Shown piece after piece: positions 23,501-38,500 of a stretch of DNA of 64,000 nucleotides. Below the pieces are notes generated by a model, which was not told the origin of the DNA, made no database searches, and was given only the letters and a program-made list of their open reading frames with translations. The position numbers and the translations under genes were made by a program. This stretch comes from Euprymna scolopes (taxonomy: Eukaryota), in assembly GCA_053919585.1 (NCBI GenBank), contig CM132827.1; one strand, 5' to 3'. Every line of letters begins with the position of its first letter. Within the stretch, counting starts at the first letter, position 1.

Positions 23501-26500
23501 CTCTACTAAAGTAAGCGATGGATAATTATTTCTATCTCTCTACTAAAGTAATGTTGGATAATTATTTCTATCTCTCTACTAAAGTAATGTTGGGTAATTA
23601 TTTCTATCTCTCTACTAAAGTAATGTTGGATAATTATTTCTATCTCTCTACTAAAGTAATGTTGGATAATTATTTCTATCTCTCTACTAAAGTAATGTTG
23701 GATAATTATTTCTATCTCTCTACTAAAGTAATGTTGGATAATTATTTCTATCTCTCTACTAAAGTAATGTTGGATAATTATTTCTATCTCTCTACTAAAG
23801 TAATGTTGGGTAATTATTTCTATCTCTCTACTAAAGTAATGTTGGATAATTATTTCTATCTCTCTACTAAAGTAATGTTGGGTAATTATTTCTATCTCTC
23901 TACTAAAGTAATGTTGGATAATTATTTCTATCTCTCTACTAAAGTAATGTTGGATAATTATTTCTATCTCTCTACTAAAGTAATGTTGGGTAATTATTTC
24001 TATCTCTCTACTAAAGTAAGCGATGGATAATTATTTCTATCTCTCTACTAAAGTAATGTTGGATAATTATTTCTATCTCTCTACTAAAGTAATGTTGGAT
24101 AATTATTTCTATCTCTCTACTAAAGTAATGTTGGATAATTATTTCTATCACTCTACTAAAGTAATGTTGGGTAATTATTTCTATCTCTCTACTAAAGTAA
24201 TGTTGGATAATTATTTCTATCTCTCTACTAAAGTAATGTTGGATAATTATTTCTATCTCTCTACTAAAGTAATGTTGGATAATTATTTCTATCTCTCTAC
24301 TAAAGTAAGCGATGGATAATTATTTCTATCTCTCTACTAAAGTAATGTTGGATAATTATTTCTATCTCTCTACTAAAGTAATGTTGGGTAATTATTTCTA
24401 TCTCTCTACTAAAGTAATGTTGGATAATTATTTCTATCTCTCTACTAAAGTAATGTTGGATAATTATTTCTATCTCTCTACTAAAGTAATGTTGGATAAT
24501 TATTTCTATCTCTCTACTAAAGTAATGTTGGATAATTATTTCTATCTCTCTACTAAAGTAATGTTGGATAATTATTTCTATCTCTCTACTAAAGTAATGT
24601 TGGATAATTATTTCTATCTCTCTACTAAAGTAATGTTGGATAATTATTTCTATCTCTCTACTAAAGTAATGTTGGGTAATTATTTCTATCTCTCTACTAA
24701 AGTAAGCGATGGATAATTATTTCTATCTCTCTACTAAAGTAATGTTGGATAATTATTTCTATCTCTCTACTAAAGTAATGTTGGATAATTATTTCTATCT
24801 CTCTACTAAAGTAATGTTGGGTAATTATTTCTGTCTCTCTACTAAAGTAATGTTGGATAATTATTTCTATCTCTCTACTAAAGTAATGTTGGATAATTAT
24901 TTCTATCTCTCTACTAAAGTAATGTTGGGTAATTATTTCTATCTCTCTACTAAAGTAAGCGATGGATAATTATTTCTATCTCTCTACTAAAGTAATGTTG
25001 GATAATTATTTCTATCTCTCTACTAAAGTAATGTTGGATAATTATTTCTATCTCTCTACTAAAGTAATGTTGGGTAATTATTTCTATCTCTCTACTAAAG
25101 TAATGTTGGATAATTATTTCTATCTCTCTACTAAAGTAATGTTGGATAATTATTTCTATCTCTCTACTAAAGTAATGTTGGATAATTATTTCTATCTCTC
25201 TACTAAAGTAATGTTGGGTAATTATTTCTATCTCTCTACTAAAGTAATGTTGGATAATTATTTCTATCTCTCTACTAAAGTAATGTTGGATAATTATTTC
25301 TATCTCTCTACTAAAGTAATGTTGGATAATTATTTCTATCTCTCTACTAAAGTAATGTTGGGTAATTATTTCTATCTCTCTACTAAAGTAAGCGATGGAT
25401 AATTATTTCTATCTCTCTACTAAAGTAATGTTTGATAATTATTTCTATCTCTCTACTAAAGTAATGTTGAATAATTATTTCTATCTCTCTTCTAAAGTAA
25501 TGTTGGATAATTATTTCTATCTCTCTACTAAAGTAATGTGGGGTAATTATTTCTATCTCTCTACTAAAGTAATGTTGGATAATTATTTCTATCTCTCTAC
25601 TAAAGTAATGTTGGATAATTATTTCTATCTCTCTACTAAAGTAATGTTGGATAATTATTTCTATCTCTCTACTAAAGTAATGTTGGATAATTATTTCTAT
25701 CTCTCTACTAAAGTAATGTTGGATAATTATTTCTATCTCTCTACTAAAGTAATGTTGGATAATTATTTCTATCTCTCTACTAAAGTAATGTTGGATAATT
25801 ATTTCTATCTCTCTACTAAAGTAATGTTGGATAATTATTTCTATCTCTCTACTAAAGTAATGTTGGATAATTATTTCTATCTTTCTACTAAAGTAATGTT
25901 GGATAATTATTTCTATCTCTCTACTAAAGTAATGTTGGATAATTATTTCTATCTCTCTACTAAAGTAAGCGATGGATAATTATTTCTATCTCTCTACTAA
26001 AGTAATGTTGGATAATTATTTCTATCTTTCTACTAAAGTAATGTTGGATAATTATTTCTATCTCTCTACTAAAGTAATGTTGGATAATTATTTCTATCTC
26101 TCTACTAAAGTAAGCGATGGATAATTATTTCTATCTCTCTACTAAAGTAATGTTGGATAATTATTTCTATCTCTCTACTAAAGTAATGTTGGATAATTAT
26201 TTCTATCTCTCTACTAAAGTAATGTTGGATAATTATTTCTATCTCTCTACTAAAGTAATGTTGGATAATTATTTCTATCTCTCTACTAAAGTAATGTTGG
26301 ATAATTATTTCTATCTTTCTACTAAAGTAATGTTGGACAATTATTTCTATCTCTCTACTAAAGTAATGTTGGATAATTATTTCTATCTCTCTACTAAAGT
26401 AAGCGATGGATAATTATTTCTATCTCTCTACTAAAGTAATGTTGGATAATTATTTCTATCTTTCTACTAAAGTAATGTTGGATAATTATTTCTATCTCTC

Positions 26501-29500
26501 TACTAAAGTAATGTTGGATAATTATTTCTATCTCTCTACTAAAGTAAGCGATGGATAATTATTTCTATCTCTCTACTAAAGTAATGTTGGATAATTATTT
26601 CTATCTCTCTACTAAAGTAATGTTGGATAATTATTTCTATCTCTCTACTAAAGTAATGTTGGATAATTATTTCTATCTTTCTACTAAAGTAATGTGTGAT
26701 AATTATTTCTATCTCTCTACTAAAGTAATGTTGGATAATTATTTCTATCTCTCTACTAAAGTAAGCGATGGATAATTATTTCTATCTCTCTACTAAAGTA
26801 ATGTTGGATAATTAGTTCTATCTTTCTACTAAAGTAATGTTGGATAATTATTTCTATCTCTCTACTAAAGTAATGTTGGATAATTATTTCTATCTCTCTA
26901 CTAAAGTAAGCGATGGATAATTATTTCTATCTCTCTACTAAAGTAATGTTGGATAATTATTTCTATCTTTCTACTAAAGTAATGTTGGATAATTATTTCT
27001 ATCTCTCTACTAAAGTAATGTTGGATAATTATTTCTATCTCTCTACTAAAGTAAGCGATGGATAATTATTTCTATCTCTCTACTAAAGTAATGTTGGATA
27101 ATTATTTCTATCTCTCTACTAAAGTAATGTTGGATAATTATTTCTATCTCTCTACTAAAGTAATGTTGGGTAATTATTTCTATCTCTCTACTAAAGTAAT
27201 GTTGGATAATTATTTCTATCTCTCTACTAAAGTAATGTTGGATAATTATTTCTATCTCTCTACTAAAGTAATGTTGGATAATTATTTCTATCTCTCTACT
27301 AAAGTAATGTTGGGTTATTATTTCTATCTCTCTACTAAAGTAATGTTGGATAATTATTTCTATCTCTCTACTAAAGTAATGTTGGATAATTATTTCTATC
27401 TCTCTACTAAAGTAATGTTGGATAATTATTTCTATCTCTCTACTAAAGTAATGTTGGGTAATTATTTCTATCTCTCTACTAAAGTAATGTTGGATAATTA
27501 TTTCTATCTCTCTACTAAAGTAATGTTGGATAATTATTTCTATCTCTCTACTAAAGTAATGTTGGGTAATTATTTCTATCTCTCTACTAAAGTAAGCGAT
27601 GGATAATTATTTCTATCTCTCTACTAAAGTAATGTTGGATAATTATTTCTATCTCTCTACTAAAGTAATGTTGGATAATTATTTCTATCTTTCTACTAAA
27701 GTAATGTTGGATAATTATTTCTATCTCTCTACTAAAGTAATGTTGGATAATTATTTCTATCTCTCTACTAAAGTAAGCGATGGATAATTATTTCTATCTC
27801 TCTACTAAAGTAATGTAGGATAATTATTTCTATCTTTCTACTAAAGTAATGTTGGATAATTATTTCTATCTCTCTACTAAAGTAATGTTGGATAATTATT
27901 TCTATCTCTCTACTAAAGTAAGCGATGGATAATTATTTCTATCTCTCTACTAAAGTAATGTTGGATAATTATTTCTATCTTTCTACTAAAGTAATGTTGG
28001 ATAATTATTTCTATCTCTCTACTAAAGTAATGTTGGATAATTATTTCTATCTTTCTACTAAAGTAATGTTGGATAATTATTTCTATCTCTCTACTAAAGT
28101 AATGTTGGATAATTATTTCTATCTCTCTACTAAAGTAATGTTGGATAATTATTTCTATCTCTCTACTAAAGTAATGTTGGGTAATTATTTCTATCTTTCT
28201 ACTAAAGTAAGCGATGGATAATTATTTCTATCTCTCTACTAAAGTAATGTTGGATAATTATTTCTATCTTTCTACTAAAGTAATGTTGGATAATTATTTC
28301 TATCTCTCTACTAAAGTAATGTTGGATAATTATTTCTATCTCTCTACTAAAGTAAGCGATGGATAATTATTTCTATCTCTCTACTAAAGTAATGTTGGAT
28401 AATTATTTCTATCTCTCTACTAAAGTAATGTTGGATAATTATTTCTATCTCTCTACTAAAGTAATGTTGGATAATTATTTCTATCTTTCTACTAAAGTAA
28501 TGTTGGATAATTATTTCTATCTCTCTACTAAAGTAATGTTGGATAATTATTTCTATCTCTCTACTAAAGTAATGTTGGATAATTATTTCTATCTCTCTAC
28601 TAAAGTAATGTTGGATAATTATTTCTATCTCTCTACTAAAGTAATGTTGGATAATTATTTCTATCTTTCTACTAAAGTAATGTTGGATAATTATTTCTAT
28701 CTCTCTACTAAAGTAATGTTGGATAATTATTTCTATCTCTCTACTAAAGTAAGCGATGGATAATTATTTCTATCTCTCTACTAAAGTAATGTTGGATAAT
28801 TATTTCTATCTTTCTACTAAAGTAATGTTGGATAATTATTTCTATCTCTCTACTAAAGTAATGTTGGATAATTATTTCTATCTCTCTACTAAAGTAAGCG
28901 ATGGATAATTATTTCTATCTCTCTACTAAAGTAATGTTGGATAATTATTTCTATCTCTCTACTAAAGTAATGTTGGATAATTATTTCTATCTCTCTACTA
29001 AAGTAATGTTGGATAATTATTTCTATCTCTCTACTAAAGTAATGTTGGATAATTATTTCTATCTCTCTACTAAAGTAATGTTGGATAATTATTTCTATCT
29101 TTCTACTAAAGTAATGTTGGACAATTATTTCTATCTCTCTACTAAAGTAATGTTGGATAATTATTTCTATCTCTCTACTAAAGTAAGCGATGGATAATTA
29201 TTTCTATCTCTCTACTAAAGTAATGTTGGATAATTATTTCTATCTTTCTACTAAAGTAATGTTGGATAATTATTTCTATCTCTCTACTAAAGTAATGTTG
29301 GATAATTATTTCTATCTCTCTACTAAAGTAAGCGATGGATAATTATTTCTATCTCTCTACTAAAGTAATGTTGGATAATTATTTCTATCTCTCTACTAAA
29401 GTAATGTTGGATAATTATTTCTATCTCTCTACTAAAGTAATGTTGGATAATTATTTCTATCTTTCTACTAAAGTAATGTTGGATAATTATTTCTATCTCT

Positions 29501-32500
29501 CTACTAAAGTAATGTTGGATAATTATTTCTATCTCTCTACTAAAGTAATGTTGGATAATTATTTCTATCTCTCTACTAAAGTAATGTTGGATAATTATTT
29601 CTATCTCTCTACTAAAGTAATGTTGGATAATTATTTCTATCTCTCTACTAAAGTAAGCGATGGATAATTATTTCTATCTCTCTACTAAAGTAATGTTGGA
29701 TAATTATTTCTATCTTTCTACTAAAGTAATGTTGGATAATTATTTCTATCTCTCTACTAAAGTAATGTTGGATAATTATTTCTATCTCTCTACTAAAGTA
29801 AGCGATGGATAATTATTTCTATCTCTCTACTAAAGTAATGTTGGATAATTATTTCTATCTCTCTACTAAAGTAATGTTGGATAATTATTTCTATCTCTCT
29901 ACTAAAGTAATGTTGGGTAATTATTTCTATCTTTCTACTAAAGTAAGCGATGGATAATTATTTCTATCTCTCTACTAAAGTAATGTTGGATAATTATTTC
30001 TATCTTTCTACTAAAGTAATGTTGGATAATTATTTCTATCTCTCTACTAAAGTAATGTTGGATAATTATTTCTATCTCTCTACTAAAGTAAGCGATGGAT
30101 TATTATTTCTATCTCTCTACTAAAGTAATGTTGGATAATTATTTCTATCTCTCTACTAAAGTAATGTTGGATAATTATTTCTATCTCTCTACTAAAGTAA
30201 TGTTGGATAATTATTTCTATCTTTCTACTAAAGTAATGTTGGATAATTATTTCTATCTCTCTACTAAAGTAATGTTGGATAATTATTTCTATCTCTCTAC
30301 TAAAGTAAGCGATGGATAATTATTTCTATCTCTCTACTAAAGTAATGTTGGATAATTATTTCTATCTTTCTACTAAAGTAATGTTGGATAATTATTTCTA
30401 TCTCTCTACTAAAGTAATGTTGGATAATTATTTCTATCTCTCTACTAAAGTAAGCGATGGATAATTATTTCTATCTCTCTACTAAAGTAATGTTGGATAA
30501 TTATTTCTATCTTTCTACTAAAGTAATGTTGGATAATTATTTCTATCTCTCTACTAAAGTAATGTTGGATAATTATTTCTATCTCTCTACTAAAGTAAGC
30601 GATGTATAATTATTTCTATCTCTCTACTAAAATAATGTTGGATAATTATTTCTATCTCTCTACTAAAGTAATGTTGGATAATTATTTCTATCTCTCTACT
30701 AAAGTAATGTTGGATAATTATTTCTATCTTTCTACTAAAGTAATGTTGGATAATTATTTCTATCTCTCTACTAAAGTAATGTTGGATAATTATTTCTATC
30801 TCTCTACTAAAGTAAGCGATGGATAATTATTTCTATCTCTCTACTAAAGTAATGTTGGATAATTATTTCTACCTTTCTACTAAAGTAATGTTGGATAATT
30901 ATTTCTATCTCTCTACTTAAGTAATGTTGGATAATTATTTCTATCTCTCTACTAAAGTAAGCGATGGATAATTATTTCTATCTCTCTACTAAAGTAATGT
31001 TGGATAATTATTTCTATCTCTCTACTAAAGTAATGTTGGATAATTATTTCTATCTCTCTACTAAAGTAATGTTGGATAATTATTTCTATCTCTCTACTAA
31101 AGTAATGTTGGATAATTATTTCTATCTCTCTACTAAAGTAATGTTGGATAATTATTTCTATCTCTCTACTAAAGTAATGTTGGGTAATTATTTCTATCTC
31201 TCTACTAAAGTAATGTTGGATAATTATTTCTATCTTTCTACTAAAGTAATGTTGGATAATTATTTCTATCTCTCTACTAAAGTTATGTTGGGTAATTATT
31301 TCTATCTTTCTACTAAAGTAATGTTGGATAATTATTTCTATCTCTCTACTAAAGTAATGTTGGATAATTATTTCTATCTCTCTACTAAAGTAATGTTGGA
31401 TAATTATTTCTATCTCTCTACTAAAGTAATGTTGGATAATTATTTCTATCTCTCTACTAAAGTAATGTTGGATAATTATTTCTGTCTCTCTACTAAAGTA
31501 ATGTTGGGTAATTATTTCTATCTCTCTACTAAAGTAAGCGATGGATAAATTATTTCTATCTCTCTACTAAAGTAATGTTGGATAATTATTTCTATCTCTC
31601 TACTAAAGTAATGTTGGATAATTATTTCTATCTCTCTACTAAAGTAATGTTGGTAAATTATTTTATATCTCTCTACTAAAGTAATGTTGGGTAATTATTT
31701 CTATCTCTCTACTAAAGTAATGTTGGGTAATTATTTCTATCTCTCTACTAAAGTAATGTTGGATAATTATTTCTATCTCTCTACTAAAGTAAGCGATGGA
31801 TAATTATTTCTATCTCTCTACTAAAGTAATGTTGGATAATTATTTCTATCTCTCTACTAAAGTAATGTTGGATAATAATTTCTATCTCTCTACTAAAGTA
31901 ATGTTGGATAATTATTTCTATCTCTCTACTAAAGTAATGTTGGATAATTATTTCTATCTCTCTACTAAAGTAATGTTGGATAATTATTCCTATCTCTCTA
32001 CTAAAGTAATGTTGGATAATTATTTCTATCTCTCTACTAAAGTAATGTTGGATAATTATTTCTATCTCTCTACTAAAGTAATGTTGAATAATTATTTCTA
32101 TCTCTCTACTAAAGTAATGTTGGGTAATTATTTCTATCTCTCTACTAAAGTAATGTTGGGTAATTATTTCTATCTCTCTACTAAAGTAATGTTGGATAAT
32201 TATTTCTATCTCTCTACTAAAGTAAGCGATGGATAATTATTTCTATCTCTCTACTAAAGTAATGTTGGATAATTATTTCTATCTCTCTACTAAAGTAATG
32301 TTGGATAATTATTTCTATCTCTCTACTAAAGTAATGTGGGATAATTATTTCTATCTCTCTACTAAAGTAATGTTGGATAATTATTTCTATCTCTCTACTA
32401 AAGTAATGTTGGATAATTATTTCTATCTCTCTACTAAAGTAATGTTGGATAATTATTTCTATCTCTCTACTAAAGTAATGTTGGATAATTATTTCTATCT

Positions 32501-35500
32501 CTCTACTAAAGTAATGTTGGATAATTATTTCTATCTCTCTACTAAAGTAATGTTGGATAATTATTTCTATCTCTCTACTAAAGTAATGTTGGATAATTAT
32601 TTCTATCTCTCTACTAAAGTAAGCGATGGATAATTATTTCTATCTCTCTACTAAAGTAATGTAGGATAATTATTTCTATCTTTCTACTAAAGTAATGTTG
32701 GATAATTATTTCTATCTCNNNNNNNNNNNNNNNNNNNNNNNNNNNNNNNNNNNNNNNNNNNNNNNNNNNNNNNNNNNNNNNNNNNNNNNNNNNNNNNNNN
32801 NNNNNNNNNNNNNNNNNNCTCTACTAAAGTAATGTTGGATAATTATTTCTATCTCTCTACTAAAGTAATGTTGGATAATTATTTCTATCTCTCTACTAAA
32901 GTAATGTTGGATAATTATTTCTATCTCTCTACTAAAGTAATGTTGGGTAATTATTTCTATCTCTCTACTAAAGTAATGTTGGGTAATTATTTCTATCTCT
33001 CTACTAAAGTAATGTTGGATAATTATTTCTATCTCTCTACTAAAGTAATGTTGGATAATTATTTCTATCTCTCTACTAAAGTAATGTTGGATAATTATTT
33101 CTATCTCTCTACTAAAGTAATGTTGGATAATTATTTCTATCTCTCTACTAAAGTAATGTTGGATAATTATTTCTATCTCTCTACTAAAGTAATGTTGGAT
33201 AATTATTTCTATCTCTCTACTAAAGTAATGTTGGGTAATTATTTCTATCTCTCTACTAAAGTAATGTTGGATAATTATTTCTATCTCTCTACTAAAGTAA
33301 TGTTGGATAATTATTTCTATCTCTCTACTAAAGTAAGCGATGGATAATTATTTCTATCTCTCTACTAAAGTAATGTTGGATAATTATTTCTATCTCTCTA
33401 CTAAAGTAATGTTGGATAATTATTTCTATCTCTCTACTAAAGTAATGTTGGGTAATTATTTCTATCTCTCTACTAAAGTAATGTTGGATAATTTTTTCTA
33501 TCTCTCTACTAAAGTAATGTTGGATAATTATTTCTATCTCTCTACTAAAGTAAGCGATGGATAATTATTTCTATCTCTCTACTAAAGTAATGTTGGATAA
33601 TTATTTCTATCTCTCTACTAAAGTAATGTTGGATAATTATTTCTATCTCTCTACTAAAGTAATGTTGGATAATTATTTCTATCTCTCTACTAAAGTAATG
33701 TTGGATAATTATTTCTATCTCTCTACTAAAGTAATGTTGGATAATTATTTCTATCTCTCTACTAAAGTAATGTTGGATAATTATTTCTATCTCTCTACTA
33801 AAGTAATGTTGGATAATTATTTCTATCTCTCTACTAAAGTAATGTTGGGTAATTATTTCTATCTCTCTACTAAAGTAATGTTGGGTAATTATTTCTATCT
33901 CTCTACTAAAGTAATGTTGGATAATTATTTCTATCTCTCTACTAAAGTAATGTTGGGTAATTATTTCTATCTCTCTACTAAAGTAATGTTGGGTAATTAT
34001 TTCTATCTCTCTACTAAAGTAATGTTGGGTAATTATTTCTATCTCTCTACTAAAGTAATGTTGGATAATTATTTCTATCTCTCTACTAAAGTAATGTTGG
34101 ATAATTATTTCTATCTCTCTACTAAAGTAATGTTGGATAATTATTTCTATCTCTCTACTAAAGTAATGTTGGATAATTATTTCTATCTCTCTACTAAAGT
34201 AATGTTGGATAATTATCTATCTCTCTACTAAAGTAATGTTGGATAATTATTTCTATCTCTCTACTAAAGTAAGCGATGGATAATTATTTCTATCTCTCTA
34301 CTAAAGTAATGTTGGATAATTATTTCTATCTCTCTACTAAAGTAATGTTGGATAATTTTTTCTATCTCTCTACTAAAGTAATGTTGGATAATTATTTCTA
34401 TCTCTCTACTAAAGTAATGTTGGATAATTATTTCTATCTCTCTACTAAAGTAATGTTGGATAATTATTTCTATCTCTCTACTAAAGTAATGTTGGATAAT
34501 TATTTCTATCTCTCTACTAAAGTAATGTTGGATAATTATTTCTATCTCTCTACTAAAGTAATGTTGGGTAATTATTTCTATCTCTCTACTAAAGTAATGT
34601 TGGGTAATTATTTCTATCTCTCTACTAAAGTAATGTTGGATTATTATTTCTATCTCTCTACTAAAGTAATGTTGGATAATTATTTCTATCTCTCTACTAA
34701 AGTAATGTTGGATAATTATTTCTATCTCTCTACTAAAGTAATGTTGGATAATTATTTCTATCTCTCTACTAAAGTAATGTTGGATAATTATTTCTATCTC
34801 TCTACTAAAGTAATGTTGGATAATTATTTCTATCTCTCTACTAAAGTAATGTTGGGTAATTATTTCTATCTCTCTACTAAAGTAATGTTGGATAATTATT
34901 TCTATCTCTCTACTAAAGTAATGTTGGATAATTATTTCTATCTCTCTACTAAAGTAAGCGATGGATAATTATTTCTATCTCTCTACTAAAGTAATGTTGG
35001 ATAATTATTTCTATCTCTCTACTAAAGTAATGTTGGATAATTATTTCTATCTCTCTACTAAAGTAATGTTGGATAATTATTTCTATCTCTCTACTAAAGT
35101 AATGTTGGATAATTATTTCTATCTCTCTACTAAAGTAATGTTGGGTAATTATTTCTATCTCTCTACTAAAGTAATGTTGGGTAATTATTTCTATCTCTCT
35201 ACTAAAGTAATGTTGGATAATTTTTTCTATCTCTCTACTAAAGTAATGTTGGATAATTATTTCTATCTCTCTACTAAAGTAATGTTGGATAATTATTTCT
35301 ATCTCTCTACTAAAGTAATGTTGGATAATTATTTCTATCTCTCTACTAAAGTAATGTTGGGTAATTATTTCTATCTCTCTACTAAAGTAATGTTGGATAA
35401 TTATTTCTATCTCTCTACTAAAGTAATGTTGGATAATTATTTCTATCTCTCTACTAAAGTAATGTTGGGTAATTATTTCTATCTCTCGACTAAAGTAATG

Positions 35501-38500
35501 TTGGATAATTATTTCTATCTCTCTACTAAAGTAATGTTGGATGATTATTTCTATCTCTCTACTAAAGTAATGTTGGATAATTATTTCTATCTCTCTACTA
35601 AAGTAATGTTGGGTAATTATTTATATCTCTCTACTAAAGTAATGTTGGGTAATTATTTCTATCTCTCTACTAAAGTAATGTTGGATAATTATTTCTATCT
35701 CTCTACTAAAGTAATGTTGGATAATTATTTCTATCTCTCTACTAAAGTAATGTTGGATAATTATTTCTATCTCTCTACTAAAGTAATGTTGGATAATTAT
35801 TTTTATCTCTCTACTAAAGTAATGTTGGATAATTATTTCTATCTCTCTACTAAAGTAATGTTGGATAATTATTTCTATCTCTCTACTAAAGTAATGTTGG
35901 ATAATTATTTCTATCTCTCTACTAAAGTAATGTTGGATAATTATTTCTATCTCTCTACTAAAGTAATGTTGGATAATTATTTCTATCTCTCTACTAAAGT
36001 AATGTTGGATAATTATTTCTATCTCTCTACTAAAGTAATGTTGGATAATTATTTCTATCTCTCTACTAAAGTAATGTTGGATAATTATTTCTATCTCTCT
36101 ACTAAAGTAATGTTGGATAATTATTTCTATCTCTCTACTAAAGTAATGTTGGATAATTATTTCTATCTCTCTACTAAAGTAATGTTGGATAATTATTTCT
36201 ATCTCTCTACTAAAGTAAGCGATGGATAATTATTTCTATCTCTCTACTAAAGTAATGTTGGATAATTATTTCTATCTCTCTACTAAAGTAATGTTGGATA
36301 ATTATTTCTATCTCTCTACTAAAGTAATGTTGGATAATTATTTCTATCTCTCTACTAAAGTAATGTTGGATAATTATTTCTATCTCTCTACTAAAGTAAT
36401 GTTGGGTAATTATTTCTATCTCTCTACTAAAGTAATGTTGGATAATTATTTCTATCTCTCTACTAAAGTAATGTTGGATAATTATTTCTATCTCTCTACT
36501 AAAGTAATGTTGGGTAATTATTTCTATCTCTCTACTAAAGTAATGTTGGATAATTATTTCTATCTCTCTACTAAAGTAATGTTGGATAATTATTTCTATC
36601 TCTCTACTAAAGTAATGTTGGATAATTATTTCTATCTCTCTACTAAAGTAATGTTGGGTAATTATTTCTATCTCTCTACTAAAGTAATGTTGGGTAATTA
36701 TTTCTATCTCTCTACTAAAGTAATGTTGGATAATTATTTTTATCTCTCTACTAAAGTAATGTTGGATAATTATTTCTATCTCTCTACTAAAGTAATGTTG
36801 GATAATTATTTCTATCTCTCTACTAAAGTAATGTTGGATAATTATTTCTATCTCTCTACTAAAGTAATGTTGGATAATTATTTCTATCTCTCTACTAAAG
36901 TAATGTTGGATAATTATTTCTATCTCTCTACTAAAGTAATGTTGGATAATTATTTCTATCTCTCTACTAAAGTAATGTTGGATAATTATTTCTATCTCTC
37001 TACTAAAGTAATGTTGGATAATTATTTCTATCTCTCTACTAAAGTAATGTTGGATAATTATTTCTATCTCTCTACTAAAGTAATGTTGGATAATTATTTC
37101 TATCTCTCTACTAAAGTAAGCGATGGATAATTATTTCTATCTCTCTACTAAAGTAATGTTGGATAATTATTTCTATCTCTCTACTAAAGTAATGTTGGAT
37201 AATTATTTCTATCTCTCTACTAAAGTAATGTTGGATAATTATTTCTATCTCTCTACTAAAGTAATGTTGGATAATTATTTCTATCTCTCTACTAAAGTAA
37301 TGTTGGATAATTATTTCTATCTCTCTACTAAAGTAATGTTGGATAATTATTTCTATCTCTCTACTAAAGTAAGCGATGGATAATTATTTCTATCTCTCTA
37401 CTAAAGTAATGTTGGATAATTATTTCTATCTCTCTACTAAAGTAATGTTGGATAATTATTTCTATCTCTCTACTAAAGTAATGTTGGATAATTATTTCTA
37501 TCTCTCTACTAAAGTAATGTTGGATAATTATTTCTATCTCTCTACTAAAGTAATGTTGGATAATTATTTCTATCTCTCTACTAAAGTAATGTTGGATAAT
37601 TATTTCTATCTCTCTACTAAAGTAATGTTGGATAATTATTTCTATCTCTCTACTAAAGTAATGTTGGGTAATTATTTCTATCTCTCTACTAAAGTAATGT
37701 TGGGTAATTATTTCTATCTCTCTACTAAAGTAATGTTGGATAATTATTTCTATCTCTCTACTAAAGTAATGTTGGGTAATTATTTCTATCTCTCTACTAA
37801 AGTAATGTTGGGTAATTATTTCTATCTCTCTACTAAAGTAATGTTGGGTAATTATTTCTATCTCTCTACTAAAGTAATGTTGGGTAATTATTTCTATCTC
37901 TCTACTAAAGTAATGTTGGATAATTATTTCTATCTCTCTACTAAAGTAATGTTGGATAATTATTTCTATCTCTCTACTAAAGTAATGTTGGATAATTATT
38001 TCTATCTCTCTACTAAAGTAATGTTGGATAATTATTTCTATCTCTCTACTAAAGTAATGTTGGATAATTATTTCTATCTCTCTACTAAAGTAATGTTGGG
38101 TAATTATTTCTATCTCTCTACTAAAGTAATGTTGGATAATTATTTCTATCTCTCTACTAAAGTAATGTTGGATAATTATTTCTATCTCTCTACTAAAGTA
38201 ATGTTGGATAATTATTTCTATCTCTCTACTAAAGTAATGTTGGATAATTATTTCTATCTCTCTACTAAAGTAATGTTGGATAATTATTTCTATCTCTCTA
38301 CTAAAGTAATGTTGGATAATTATTTCTATCTCTCTACTAAAGTAATGTTGGGTAATTATTTCTATCTCTCTACTAAAGTAATGTTGGATAATTATTTCTA
38401 TCTCTCTACTAAAGTAATGTTGGATAATTATTTCTATCTCTCTACTAAAGTAAGCGATGGATAATTATTTCTATCTCTCTACTAAAGTAATGTTGGATAA

